Below, piece by piece: positions 12,797 to 25,700 of a stretch of 64,000 nucleotides of DNA. The position numbers and the translations under genes are program-made. Every line of letters starts with the position of its first letter. The stretch's first letter is position 1. Below the pieces are notes generated by a model. It was not told where the DNA came from and did no database searches. It was given only the letters and a program-made list of their open reading frames with translations. Source of the stretch: Cyanophora paradoxa CCMP329 (taxonomy: Eukaryota > Plantae > Glaucophyta). The stretch lies in NCBI GenBank assembly GCA_004431415.1, contig QPMI01000261.1:1-64000 (forward strand). The letters are read 5' to 3'.

Positions 12797-15037
12797 ATGT
12801 CCAGCGACCTGGCCTACGTCTCCGGCTTCGTCCCGACAGCGGCGGCGCGCATGGGTTCCATCGCGACCCAGCGCGTCGTCCGCGCGGCGGCGGGTCCGTC
12901 CACGGCCCGCCTGGCCCGTGCCGGCGTACGCACGCAGCTGGCTTCTCTCTCGGCGGTTGAGAGCGTGGAGTCTCGCCGTTTCGAGGTCGCCCGCCGCGTG
13001 CACGCCTCGGCTGTGGCCCCGGCAGTGCGGCGGACCGTCCAGGCTGTCTCCGCCGCGCCTGCCAAGTCCAAGGGCGGCGAGGGTGAGCGGGAATGTTCGT
13101 TCGTGCTCGTACGGCGAAAATCGTTCATGCGGCGCTGCGTGCAGATGCCCCAGAGGTTGAGGCCCGGCCGATTAAAGCGTTCATCAACTACAAGTACATC
13201 CGCGACAACCTGCAGCTGGTGAAGGACACGATCAAGAAGCGTGCCGCGGTCGCCGATGCGGACAAGGTCCGGCGACCCCGCGAGCTAGGAACGTACGGCA
13301 TAATATGACAAGAGCGCGCGCGCGCGCGCGCGCACCTGGCAGGTCGTCGCGTTGTACGACCAGTTCTCGAAGCTGGATAAGGAGGTCGATGCCCTTCGCC
13401 AGAAGCGTAACGAGAACGCCGCGGCGCTGAAGGCTCGGGATCCCCGCTCGCCCAGGCCGGTTCGCCGCTGAGCTAGGCGGGGCAGGGCAAGGTGGAGGCG
13501 GAGAAGCGGGCGGCGCTGGTGGAGGAGGGCAAGCGGCTGAAGACGGAGCTGGCGGGGATGGAGGAGCGGCTGACGGCGCTCGAGGTGGAGCTGCAGCGCG
13601 AGGCGCTGCGCATCCCCAACGACCTGCACCCCGACGCCCCCGTCGGCCCCGAGGACGCGGCCGTCCAGATCAAGCTCGTCCGCCCGCCCCGGCCCCGGCA
13701 CCGCGCCGCGCCCCGGGCCGACGCGGAGCGCAGGTGGGCGAGAAGCCGACCTTCTCGTTCCCCGTGAAGGACCACACGGAGATTGGCGAGCGCCTGGGCC
13801 TCATCGACTTCGAGTCCGGCGCCAAGGCCCGCCCCGCCGGCCCGCCGGCCGGCCTTCCCCGCCAACGCAGCGCGCGCGCGCAGGTGGCCGGCCAGAAGTT
13901 CTACTACCTGACCAACGGCGCCGCCCTCCTCGAGCTCGGCCTCGTCAACTGGGCCATGCAGAAGCTCGCCGCCCGCGTCCGCCCCGCCCCGCCCCGCCCG
14001 CGTCGGCGCGGGGGGCGAGGCGGGGGCGGGGCGCAGGGCTTCACGCCGATCCTCACGCCGGACCTGGTGCGGTCGCACGTGGTGGAGGGGTGCGGCTTCC
14101 AGCCGCGCGGGGAGAACACGCAGGTGTACAGCGTCGCCGGCATGGACCTCTGCCTCATCGGCACCGCCGAGATCTCCGTGCGCCCCGCCCCCGCCCTCGC
14201 CGCGGCGCCCGGGCCGACGGAGTGGGGCGGGGCCAGATCGGCGGCTTCCTCGCCAACGAGACCTTCCCCCGCGAGAAGCTGCCCCTCAAGGTCCCCCCGC
14301 CCCGCCCCCCCGCCCCCCGGCCCGCCCCTGACCGGCCCCAGTACGCCGGCTTCTCCCACTGCTTCCGCACCGAGGCCGGCGCCGCTGGCTCCGCCTCCAA
14401 GTGCGCCCCCCGCCCCGGCGCGCCCCGCGGGAGCCAACGGCGGGGGCGGCAGGGGCCTGTACCGGGTGCACCAGTTCAGCAAGGTGGAGATGTTCGCGGT
14501 GACGACGCCGGAGGAGAGCGAGGCGATGCACGCGGAGCTGCGCGAGATCGAGGAGGAGATCTTCACCGAGCTCGGCCTCCACTTCCAGTGCGCCCGCACC
14601 CGCCGACCCCGCCGGCCGGGCCCCGGGGCCGGCGCGAGGGGCGGCGCAGGGTGCTGGACATGGCGACGGAGGACCTCGGGGCGCCGGCGTACCGCAAGTT
14701 CGACGTCGAGGCCTGGATGCCCGGCATGGAGCGCTACGGCGAGGTCCGCCCCCGCCCCCCGCCCCCCGCCCCCCGCCGCGCCGGCCCGACGCGCGCCCAG
14801 ATCTCGAGCACGTCGAACTGCACGGACTACCAGAGCCGGCGGCTGAACATCCGGTACAAGGACGAGAGCGGGCAGAACCGGTTCGCGCACACGCTGAACG
14901 GGACGGCGATCGCGGTGCCGCGCATCATCGTCTCCATCCTGGAGAACTTCCAGCAGGAGGACGGCTCCGTCATCGTGCCCCCGGTCCTCCGCCCCTTCAT
15001 CGGCGGCATCGAGCGCCTCACCCCGCCCGCCAAGTGA
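12797..15037 (+). CDS. serS: Seryl-tRNA synthetase, organellar (bacterial type) with N-terminal transit peptide
   Basis: [111 protein letters not shown]; Ala/Arg/Ser-rich presequence [18 protein letters not shown]. Confidence 0.96.
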
Positions 15038-15250
15038 CCCGCCCGCCCCCGCCCCCTCCCTGCACCCCCGCCCCCGTCAGCCGCCCCCCGCATCGCCCCT
15101 CTCCACCAGGCCCCATCCTAGATGTACCGCCCCTCGTGCTCGTGTGTTTAAGATCAACCATGTTCGGTTGCTGCCGCCAAGGCGCTCGTGCGGGCATGCG
15201 AGCTTGATTGAAAGAGAGGAGAGGGCGGTGCCGGCGGGCGGGGCGGCGCC

Positions 15251-17364
15251 TCAGTGCTCCTCGTCGTGGCTGTGGTCGTCGACCGAGAGGGCCCCGAACC
15301 GGTTCACGGGCCCCCGCGTCGCCTCCGCCCCCGCCGCCTCCTTCCCTGTCGCCCCGCCCCGCCCCGCCGGCTTGGCCGCCCCACCAGCAGCACCCGAGGC
15401 TACTGCGGGGGCGCTTGGGCCGCCGCGGGCAGCGCCGCGGCCCGCCTTGTCGGCGGCCGGGCCGCTCGCACCGCTCGCGCCGCCTCGCGCAGGCGGGCCG
15501 CGGGAGCGGTCATCGCGGTCACCGCCACGGCCGGCGCCGGGGGCCCCGCGGCCGCTACCGGGCCGGCCGCCGCGGTCGGCAGCGCCGCCACGGGGCGCCG
15601 GGGCGGGGCCGGAGCGCCAGGAGGGGGCGTCCGAGGGGCGCGGCGCCGAGTCCTTCGGAGAGGAGGCCGGGGCGGGGCCGGGCGGCGCCGAGGAGGATGC
15701 GGAGACGGGGGCGAGCTCTGCCGGCGTCTCCGGCCTGCCGCGCAGCGTCGGCCGCTCGCTGCGCGCACGGCGTGGGGCCGGGGGCGAGGTGCGCACTTGG
15801 GGGCCGGCGAGGGCTCCTTCTCGCCCCCGTCCTTCTTCTCCTTCTCCTTCTCCTTCTCCTCCTTCTTCTTCGCGGCATCCTTCCTGGCCGCCTGCTCCGC
15901 CCGCTCCGCTCGGATCTTCGCCTCCGCCTGGGTGGCGCGTCAAAGCGCGCAGCGGGGGCCAGGCGAGGTCGGGGCGCACCCTCTCCTCCGCCTCGCGCTG
16001 CTTGTCCACGTTCATGGGGCGGGCGCCGCCGAAGGGATCCACCTGCCGCACCCCCTCAGCGCCTCGCCGCGCCCGCGCGACTGGACCGAAGACCGGACCT
16101 TGGGTTTGCTGGGCTTCGGGGCCGACTCGGCAGGGAGAGGGCTCGCAGCCTTGTCTGCAGCCGCGCCGGCGATCAACAGCGGCCGACAGAAGAGGAGGGA
16201 CAGGCCCGCGAACCGCTGCCCGACCCTGCCCGCGCCTGCTCATCACGGCTCGAAGGGGTGCGAACGTCGCCGTAAGAGCCCTCGCTGCGGCGTCTCGTCA
16301 GGACGACCAGGGAATGAAACGTACTCGTGACCGACCGGCGGGGGGGAGGGCCGTCATCGCGCCTGTGCAAGACGCAGGTCAGAGAGAGGAGAGAGAGAGA
16401 GCTCGGTTAGTGAACGCACGAGCGACCGAAGCCGTAGCCGCTGCGGCGCTCCTCGCGAGGACCACCCCTCTTGTCAAAGCTGCCGCCACCGCGGGATGCA
16501 CCAGGCCGGACCTCGGCAATGTCGACGTGCACACGCATTCCAGCGTAAGTCTGATTGGAGTTTAGCCGGCGTCGAAGAAGAGGAGAACAAGAGAAAGCAC
16601 TTCGCCGTCGAAACCAAGCGCGTTCCTCAGACCATCAGCAGTGGAGAATTCAATGAAAACTCCCTTCACATTTCCAGTGTCATGATGCTTCGTAATACGC
16701 ACTTCTTCGATCTGGCCACACTGCGAGCGCGTCAAGAGTTGCGTTGCAAATTGGAGAGAGGTTCGGCCCAGAACGAACGCTGCCAAACATCTTCTCTCTT
16801 ATTTCAGCCTCCGAAATGTCCCTCGGGAGATTGCTGCGAAGAGGGGCCGCCGTCAATAACAACACGAGATGAGCGCTCGAGCGCGCGTACTTCACGAATG
16901 CCGTGTACGGCGACGAGGTCGGAAAGGGGAGTCGTCGGCGATCATCACGCGGTGGCTCGCGGCTCCGAGGCGGTTCGTACTCGCGCCGCGGGGGCTCGTA
17001 ATCACGCCCACCAGCAGGACGGTCGCGCACATCCCGAGCCGGTGGGCGACGCTCCGGCGCCGCCCCATGCTGCTCTGGATGCTCGTCGATCGGCGGATGC
17101 GCCGCCTCTGTGCGCGACCGATAAGGTCGACTGATACTGGCACTTACGCCGGTGTGCGGACCCTTCGCGAGGTCGCCAGTGAGCTGAAAGCCCGTCGAAC
17201 CAAAGTCTTCGTCTGAGAATGTGCGTCAGCACAGGTGACGAAGGGGCCCGCTGCAGTGCGGCGCACCTTCCTCGGTTGCATCGGCCCAGGACTTGCTAGT
17301 CGCTGCGACGCGAGTCAGTGCGGGGCTGATCAGTCAGAGAGGCAGAGTGCTGACTGCGCTGCAT
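15251..17364 (-). CDS. eIF4B-like RRM translation initiation factor
   Basis: N-terminal KSWADATEEDEDF; RRM FPTSSPYTAFVK|NLPRDISEAEI...IEEVRI...KGVFIEFSTADGLRNAL; DR-rich middle; DPFGGARP motif; C-terminus NRFGALSVDD. Start codon approximate. Confidence 0.82.
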
Positions 17365-17539
17365 TGTGAACTCGATGCCGCTTGCGGCTTGCCGCCACGA
17401 GGGGTACAGTGGTCGCGCCTGTTCAGCGTACCCGCTTATCTCGACAAAGTCCTTTCTTAGACAGCCTTCTCACTTCACGCCCGGCAGCCCCAGCGCGCCA
17501 CCTAGGCCCGGACAGCATTCAGGGAATCGTCCGTGGCAA

Positions 17540-19188
17540 ATGGGCTCGTGCGCAGGCAAGGGCAGCTCCAGTCCCCGTCAGCCACAAGCAAACGCGAAGG
17601 CGGGCAAGACCGAGAACGGCCAGGCTTCATCAGGACCTGTCGGAGGGCAGAAGGGGGCCGTAGTCCGCGGTGCCCGGCGTCTTACAATCGCTGGGACTTC
17701 GGGGGATGCAGAGGCAGCTGCTGGTTCGACCCATGCCCTTCCCTTCGGCTTGCAATTATACTTACTCGACACTGCTACGATCGCAGCGGCAGCCGCTGCT
17801 GTCGTCGCGGACAAAGATGACCGGATTGACGATAGCGCTCCGACCTCCCAAGGGGGGCTCGGCCCCCAGGGGGCTGGAGCAGACGGGGAGAACGGGACAG
17901 CATCTGCGGCGGATGCGCAAGGTGGACCCACCGGGACCGTGGAGCTCAGAATCGGCAGCTGCTCCATAGCTGGCTACGAACCCATGAACCCGTTCAAACA
18001 GAACCAAGATATCTTCTGCATAAACGACTCGTTCGGACAGGACCCTGCCTGCTGGTTCATCGGCGTGTTCGATGGGTGCGCCCCCGCATGCCATGAGCCT
18101 CCCCTGGCCGGACTTGCGAACGTACGCGCGCATGCGTTGCTAACTGTTTTCTCTCGTTTCGTGTAGTCACGGATTCGCCGGGCGGGAAGCTTCTCACTAC
18201 GTAAAGGACAAGCTGCCAGCAGTGATCGACAAGGACCGCGCTGGCCTGCGGGCGGCACCAGAGAAGACGCTCACGAACGCCTTCATTAAGACGAACAAGG
18301 CCCTGCGGGCTAGCAAGGTCGACGTGACGTACTCGGGGACCACGGCGATAACTTGCTTCCTCAACGGGCTCAAGCTGTGGGTCTGCAACACGGGCGACTC
18401 GCGGGCGGTTCTCGGGTGCATGGAGGGGGATGTTGCGCGTGCGTACGACCTCTCGGACGATCACAAGCCGGATCGCACGGACGAGTACGAGCGGATCATC
18501 GCCTGCAAGGGGCGCGTTGAGCCCGTGCGCGACCTCAGCGACGAGACCTACGGCCCGAACCGCGTCTGGCTGCGCGATGAGAACCTGCCCGGCCTTGCTA
18601 TGTCGAGATCGTTCGGCGACGTCGTCGCGCACACGGTCGGCGTCATCTGCGAGCCCGAGATCACCCTGAAGGTCCGCCTGCCGAGCCCATGAGCGCCCCG
18701 CGCCGTCCTCACGCCCCCGCCTCCCAGATCTTAGATCCTCGCGACAAGTTTATGATCCTCGCGTCGGACGGCGTGTGGGAGTTCATGAGCAGCCAGGTCA
18801 GCGTGCCCTTGAGCTGGCGTCACCGGCATTCCGAGTGCGCCTCACGCTGGCGCAGGACGCCGTGGATGTTGTCGCCAAGTACGACAACCCGCAAGACGCT
18901 GCCGACGGCCTGTGCCGCGAGGCGTATTCGCGGTGGGAGGCCGAGGGCGAGGGTGAGGCGGCCCATCCTCGTTCGACCTGTCTCTGGAGGGGTACTCAGC
19001 TGTCCCTCGCAGGCGTCGCCGACGACACGACCTGCGTAGTGGTATTCTTCAAGGTCAACGGCGACGCGAGCGCGGCCCCGCACCCGATCGAGGTCCGACC
19101 TTCGACTTCGTCACGCCTTCGATCCCCCTCGTCTCTGACCTCGGGTCCCTCGCAGTTCCGCCGCTCGCAGCCCCGGAAGTGGTCTTAA
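17540..19188 (+). CDS. Protein phosphatase 2C (PPM family), likely N-myristoylated/palmitoylated
   Basis: MGSC start; KQNQD, FIGVFDG|HG, SGTTA, NTGDSRAVLG, DLSDDHKP, PGLAMSRSFGD, MILASDGVWEF, DDTTCVVV. Confidence 0.95.
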
Positions 19189-19784
19189 GCAGCGGATGCC
19201 TTTTTAGTACCGTTTCCATTGGCTATTCTGTGCCTTTCGTCGCCTCGCCTTCCTCTCCGTGCCTTTCCTCGCCTCGCTCAGGCGCTCCGTAGTATTCGAG
19301 GAGGACTTTGATTCCCCCTCTTTTCGCAATTACTCGCGAACATCTCTGTTCTTTGTTTAGCCTTCGGTGCAGATTGTCTAGGTATGTCATATTCATAAAT
19401 TACACCAACAGTTGCAAAATGCATTTTGACGCGACACGCGATGTCAGCTCGCTGTTCTGACTAGCCGTGTTAACGGTGCGTATACGTAGGCAAAATTGCA
19501 TTTCAGACACGACCAACGACATCTGGACTAGCCCTAGCTATAGCTATAGTAGCTGTTTGCAATTGGCTAGCAGTGGGCCGCCGGTCGAATCGTAAGGGCT
19601 CAGTCAGATAGGCAAGTGACGTCGAAAATCGAAATCGAATACCGAAGCTCGAGATCGAAACCTAGGTCTACCTGCTCTACGGGCTTAAGATCAAAAGATC
19701 AAGGTGCGGGCCGTGCCCGGAGGCTCGCCCGTTCCCGCCACGTACGGACTGGCCGCTAAGGGAGAGGAACGCGATAGTGATGCC

Positions 19785-22700
19785 ATGCAGGATCATATGC
19801 ATGCTGTGCTGAGCGGTGCTACGTATACGTCGCGCGCGGTATACATGCGTACCCGGCCGCGGCCGCCCATTTCAGACTGCAGAAGCGACTTTCCGCGAGC
19901 GTGATTCAGTGATGTTTTCTGTGTGCTGGAGCGGTTTCTCGGCCGACGCTCGTGCAGCGCTCGAGCAGTTCAGCGCGCCTACATCTTCAAACCGAGCGAG
20001 CGATATCGATGCACTGCGCTGCTTCCCGTCCGAGGCCTCCGCGCCTTTCCTGAGTTACGCGCGCCGGCACCTCACCACGGCTGTAAATGCGATTTTGCAG
20101 GACCGCGCCGGTCTCCTCGACTTTGCCACGTACGTCTTGAAAACTCGTATATACGTAACTTCATGAATGCGCTCGGAATGCAGGATGCGGCAGGGCGCTG
20201 CGCATGCGCCGGTTGTCACGCAGAACGCGGTCGACCTCTTGATCAGCAGAGCCATCTGGACCATGCTGGAGCCGCAAGACGACACCGGCGTCGTTGCCGC
20301 GGGCGGCTTCCACGCGCCTCGGCGCCCGCTCGACCTGCAGCTCCCTCCGCCGCTCGTCCAGGCACGAGCATGCATCGTCCTCCTCAACGCGCTCGCGCTC
20401 ATGCACGCGGGGCGTTGGTAGGACCTGATCACGTTCTCGCTCTCCTCCTACCGGGCCCTCGACAAGTGCACGCCGGCCCCTCCTGAGCTCGAGGGCGGCG
20501 CGCCGCTGCGCAACTGCAGCCCCGCGCGTTACATTGGGCGGCAGGCGTGCGGCGCAGGCGGGGGAGGCGGCGGGGGCGGAGGTGAGGCGGGAGCTGCAGG
20601 AGGCGGCGAGCGGGGTGCTGGGGGCCCTCTCGCGGGACCCGCGGCACTTCGTGGCGGCCACGTCAACCGTCCTGCGCGAGATCTCCACCCGCCTCGACTC
20701 CACCCCCAGCCGCATCGAGGCCGCGCCCTACGCCCGCGCCCTCTCCCGCCTCGCCCTCGCCGTCCGCCCCGCCCCGCCCCGCCGCCCGCCGCGCCCCCGC
20801 CGACCCCGACGCCCCGCCCCAGGAGGCCCCCCCGGCGAGCTGCTTGACCTTCATGCAGGCGCCGCCCCCCGCCCCGCCCCGCTCTGCCGCAGCTCGCGCT
20901 GAGGCGAGGGGACGAAGGAGCTCTGGGGCGTCTTCCGCAAGTCGAAGAAGGAGGAGCTCAAGCACGCCCTGTGGGAGGTGCCCCGCCCCAGCCGCCGCCC
21001 CCTCCGCGGGCGACGCCGGCGCAGGCGACGGCAGGGGCCCTGAGCGGGGTGGACGGGGCTGCGATCGAGGACGCGTGGCCGGAGCGCGAGCGGGCCGCCT
21101 GGTTCGCCCTCATCGAGGGCTCCTCCCGCTCCGACGGCTACTGGCCCAAGGCCCGCCCCGCTGCCCCCGCCGCGGGGCCCGCGGGCGTCCGACGGGGGCG
21201 GGGCAGGTGGCGGGGTGGGGCCGGAAGGGGAAGCACACGGGGGCTGCGCTGGCGCTGCAGGTCGCCCTCCTGGGCGCCTCCTCGCGGGCCTTCTTCGCGA
21301 GGCACGCCTGGCCCTTCGCCACCGACGTCCTCTTCCGCGCCGTCCGGGCCCGCCCCGCCCGCCCCCCGCGCCCCGCCCGAAGCGCCGCCCCGGGTGACGC
21401 TGCGCAGGAGCGGGCGCTGCGGGGGGCGGCGCTCGCGGCGCTCGCGGCCTTCCTGCGGCTGCGCTGGCTGGTGCGGGGCGCCCCGAGGGCGGCGGGGGAC
21501 TCCAAGAGGAGCTCGCGGCGGTCGCAGGAGCCGCCTTCGCGCTGCGGCCTCGCGGGGCCCCCGACGCGCCCCTCCCCTCCCCGGGGCCCGAGCTGCCGCC
21601 CCCCATCGACCCCGCCACGGTGCCGTCCGCCGCCGGGCAGGGGCGAGGGGGAGGGGGCCGAGGGCGGGGCGCAGGAGAGCCTGGTGGCGGTGCTTGAGGC
21701 GATGGCGGGGCGGCGGCTGGACTACCCGATGGTCCACGTCCTCCCCCAGCTCTTCTCCTCCGACGAGACCCTCTCCGAGTGCCCGCCCCCGCCCCTCCCC
21801 CATGCCCCCCCGCCCCGGCCCCTCACCCGCCCCAGCGCCCTCGTCGTCGGCCTCACCGCCTTCGTCCGCATCGCCGAGCGCCTCCACCCGCCGGCCCCGG
21901 CCCCGCCGCCCCGCGGGGACCCCACGGGGGAGTGCTGCCCTACCTGCCGACGGTGGCGGCGTCGCTCGCCGCGCTCCTCGCCCGCTGCGACGCCGCCGTC
22001 GGCCACGCCCTCCTCTTCCCGCCGCCCCGCCCGGGCCCGCTCCGCCCCGCGCCTCGCCCGGGCGGCCGCCGGGCGGCGCCGCACGAGCGGCCGTTCCGGC
22101 TGACGTCGCTGGCGGCAGGGCTGGCCGTGCTGCCCGCCTGCCCGTCCTCATGCCGCCCTCCGGCCTCTGCGCCTCCTCGCCCGCTGCTGCCTCCACTCCG
22201 ACCCGCACCTGCGCGCCGAGGCGGCCGCCGCCCTCGCCCGCATCGTCGCCGTCGCCCCGCCGCTGCGCCCGGCCGCCGCCGCCGCCCTCGCCGCCCTGGC
22301 CGCATCCATCCACGAGGTGCCGCCGCCGCCCCGGGGCCCCGAGGCGGGTGAGGCCGCCCCTGGGGCGGTCTCGTGCTCGGCGGTGCTGCGGGCCGCCCTC
22401 GCCCGCCTCGCCGCCCTCCTCGAGCTCTGGGCCGCCGCCGCCTCCGCCCGCCCGCCCTCCAGCCGGCCCCCGCCCCGCCCTCGCCACCTCCTCCCCGCCG
22501 GCCGCCTCCCCGGCGAGGCCGGTGCGCCGGCATCGCCGCCGCCGCGCCGGGTCCCCCGCTCACGGGCCGCAGCGGACGTTGCTTCGGACGGGGCGTGCCC
22601 GCGGGAGCTGGAGCCTGCCCCCTGGAGGCGGCGGCGCTGCTCGGCCTGTGCTCGCCGGTGCCGGGCGTCCGCCGGGCCGCCCTGCGCCTCCTGCGCGCCC

Positions 22701-25700
22701 TCGAGGCGCTCGAGGCGGCCCTCGGGCGGCCGCGCCGCCTCTCCGCGCTGCGGCTGCTCGAGGAGACGGGCGGGGACGCGCTGCGGCGGGCCCGAGCCGA
22801 GGGCGGCCTCGCCCCGAGTCCGACGCCTTCGAGGGGCTCCTCCTCGCCGCCGCCGCCCCACGAGCTCGTGCCCGCCCCGCCCCCGCCCTCTGCCCGCCGC
22901 GCGCCCACGCGGGGCGCAGGCCCTCTACTCGCGGACCCTCGCGCATCTCGGGCGCTCCCTCGCCGCCCTCTGCCCGCCTCCGCCGCCCTCGCCTGGGCGC
23001 AGGCCTCGGAGCGCGTCCAGCGGCTCGCCCCGCCCTCCTCGGCCCCCGCCTGCCGGCCTCCTCCCTCCCCCGCCCCTCCGGGGCCCAGGGCGCCCCGGGC
23101 CGGGACGCCGCGGGGCAGCGTGGCGGAGGAGGCGGAGGAGGCGCTGCAGGCGCCCTCCGGCGCGCCCCACTCGGACTTCGCCGCGCACGCGTGGCGCCTC
23201 CTTGCCTCCTTCGCCTGCGCCGCAGCCGCCGCCGCCCCGGGGCCGGCCCCGGCGCCGCACCTCACCCTGGGCGGCCTGGCGCCCCGCCCCGCCATCGTCC
23301 GCTCCTCCTCGCTGCCCGGCGACAGCCCCGCCACCGCCGTTGCCTCTGCCCCGGGGCCCCCGCCGCGCCGTCCCCCGTCCCTCTGAGTGCCGCCCCTCTC
23401 CCGCTTGCTTTGCGGGCGCTGAGCGGCGCCGGCAGGCCCGGGCTGGAGCGGGTCGGGTCGGGGAGCCCGCCGCGGGGGTGCACAGGCGGGCCGCCACGCT
23501 CGCCGGCCCCGCGGCGCTGGCGGCGGCGCAGGCGGTGGCGCCGGGGCCGCTGGCGGGGGCGCCCCCGTGCGGGCCCTCGTGCGCGCCGTCCTCTCCGTCC
23601 TCCGCAGCGAGGCCGAGGCGGCGCGCTCGGCGGCGGCGGCGGCGGCCGGCGGGTGCGCTCCGGCGGCGTACGGGGCGCTGGCGGCGGAGGCGGCGGGGCA
23701 CGAGGCGGAGGCCTTCGGGGACGCCGAGCGGGGCCGGCGGCGGCAGCGGGAGACGGCCCGCTCCCTCCTCGCCACCCTCTACGCCGCCCTCGCCGCCGCC
23801 CTCCCCGCGGCGCCCTCGCCGCCTGCCCCGCCCTCGCCCGCCGCCTCCGGGCCTTCCTCGCCGGCGCCCTCCGCTGCCTCGAGCGCCCGCCGGCCGCCCT
23901 GCCGGCCCCCGACGCCCTCTGCCTGCCCCGCCGGGGCCCCACCGCCGCCTCCACCAGCGCCTCCTCGCCTGCACCCCCTGGGTCCTCTACCAGGCGCCCC
24001 CGCCCTTGCCCGCCCCGCGCCGGCCCCGTGACCCCGCCGCCAGCTGCGCCGGGCCGTCGCCTGCGTCGCCCGCTGCCTCGCCCTCGCGCGTGCCCTCCCC
24101 GCCCGCCCCACGCCCTCACCGCCGGCAGGAGGACGGGGCCGCCGGGCGGGCGCACGCGGCCCTGCTGCCGCAGGAGCGGCTCGCGCTCTTCCACTGGGCG
24201 GCTTCGTGGACCGAGTGCGGGCCCGGGGCGGCGGCCGTGCGCGCCGAGGACCAGCGCCGCCTCGCCGCCTACCTCGCCCGGTGCCCCCCCCCCCCCCCCC
24301 CCCGCGACGGGCGGCAGGACGCCGCGGGAGGCGGCGGAGGCGGCGGCCGTCTCCGCGGCGGCGCGCGCCGGCGTGCCGACGGCCGCCGCGGCCGCCCTCG
24401 CCGCCCTCCTCGAGGGGGCCCTCCTCTTCCCGCCCCCGGCGCCCCCGACGCCCTCTTCGCCTGGTCCGCCCCCGCGCCACGTCGCTCGCGCCGCGCGACT
24501 CGGCGCGCGGCGCAGGGCGGAGGAGGCGCTGCAGTCGGCCCGGGCGCCGGCCTCCGCCCGCACGCGGTCGCCGCCCTCGCCCACTTCCTCGCCGCCTGCC
24601 CGGCCGCCCTGCCCTCGCCGCCGGCCCGCCCCGCCCGCCGGCCCCGCGCCGGGCGCTGAGGGGCGCCAGACGCGTTTTTCACGGCGCGCTCGGGGCGGCC
24701 CCCGACGGGGAGGCCCTCGCCGCAGGCCACGCCGCCGCCATCGCCGCGGTCCGCCCCGGCCCCTGCCCGGGCCCTCCGTGGCGGCTTGGAAGGCGACGGG
24801 GCGGCAGGCGGTGGAGGGGCGGGGGTCGGGGGCCCCCGACGGGGCGCTCCCGAGGCGACGCTGCTCGTGCGCCCCGCAGCGCGCCCCGCCCCCGCGCGCC
24901 CCCCTGAGGCCTCCGCAGGCCCTCGCCCTCGCCGCCCTCGCCGACCCCGCTCCCGCCGTCCGCGCCCCCGGCCCCGCCCTCCTCCGCGCCGCCCGCCGCC
25001 TCTCGCCCGGGAGGTGCGCCGCCTGCTCGGCGGGCACGCGGGGGCGCTCACGGGGCGCAGGGTGCCCGGGCGGCGGCGCTGGAGCTGCACGAGGCGGCGC
25101 GGGCGGCGGCGCGGGCGGCGGCGGCGGAGGCGGCGGCGGAGGGCCGCAGGTGGCGGGGCCCCTCTGCGAGGAGCTGCTCCTCCGCCGCCTGCCGCAGGCC
25201 GCCCCGCCCCTCCGGCCCCTCCTCCTCGAGCTCCTCCCCCCCTGCCTCGCCGCCCTCCCCCGGGTCCGGGCCCCACTGGGCGGCGGCGGGGCGCTGGCGG
25301 GGCGGCGGGCGCTTCGGGGCGGAGGCGCCGGCGCTCTTCGAGGCGTGCTGGGCGGCCCTCGCCGGCCCCGCCCGTGCCCCGCCCGCCCCCGCCCGCCCCG
25401 CCCTCACCGCCCCTGCAGCGAGCGCGCGCGCGCCCTCCTCGAGTTCCTCCTCGCGCGCCCGGCCCCGCCCTCGCCGCCCGCGCCGCCGCCCGCGCCGCGG
25501 CGCTGGCGGCGCCGGCGGAGGCGGCGGAGGCGCTGGCGGGGAGCTCTCCCTCGTCGCCGCCCCGCGCCCCGCCCTCGAGGCCGCCCTCGGTCCCCCGGCC
25601 CGCCCCCGCCCCGCCCTCCGCGTGACCGCACGCCCGCTCAGTCGGCCGCTCGCTGGCGGGGGCCCCGAGGAGGGCCCCGTCGCGCTGCTCGTGCCGCTCG

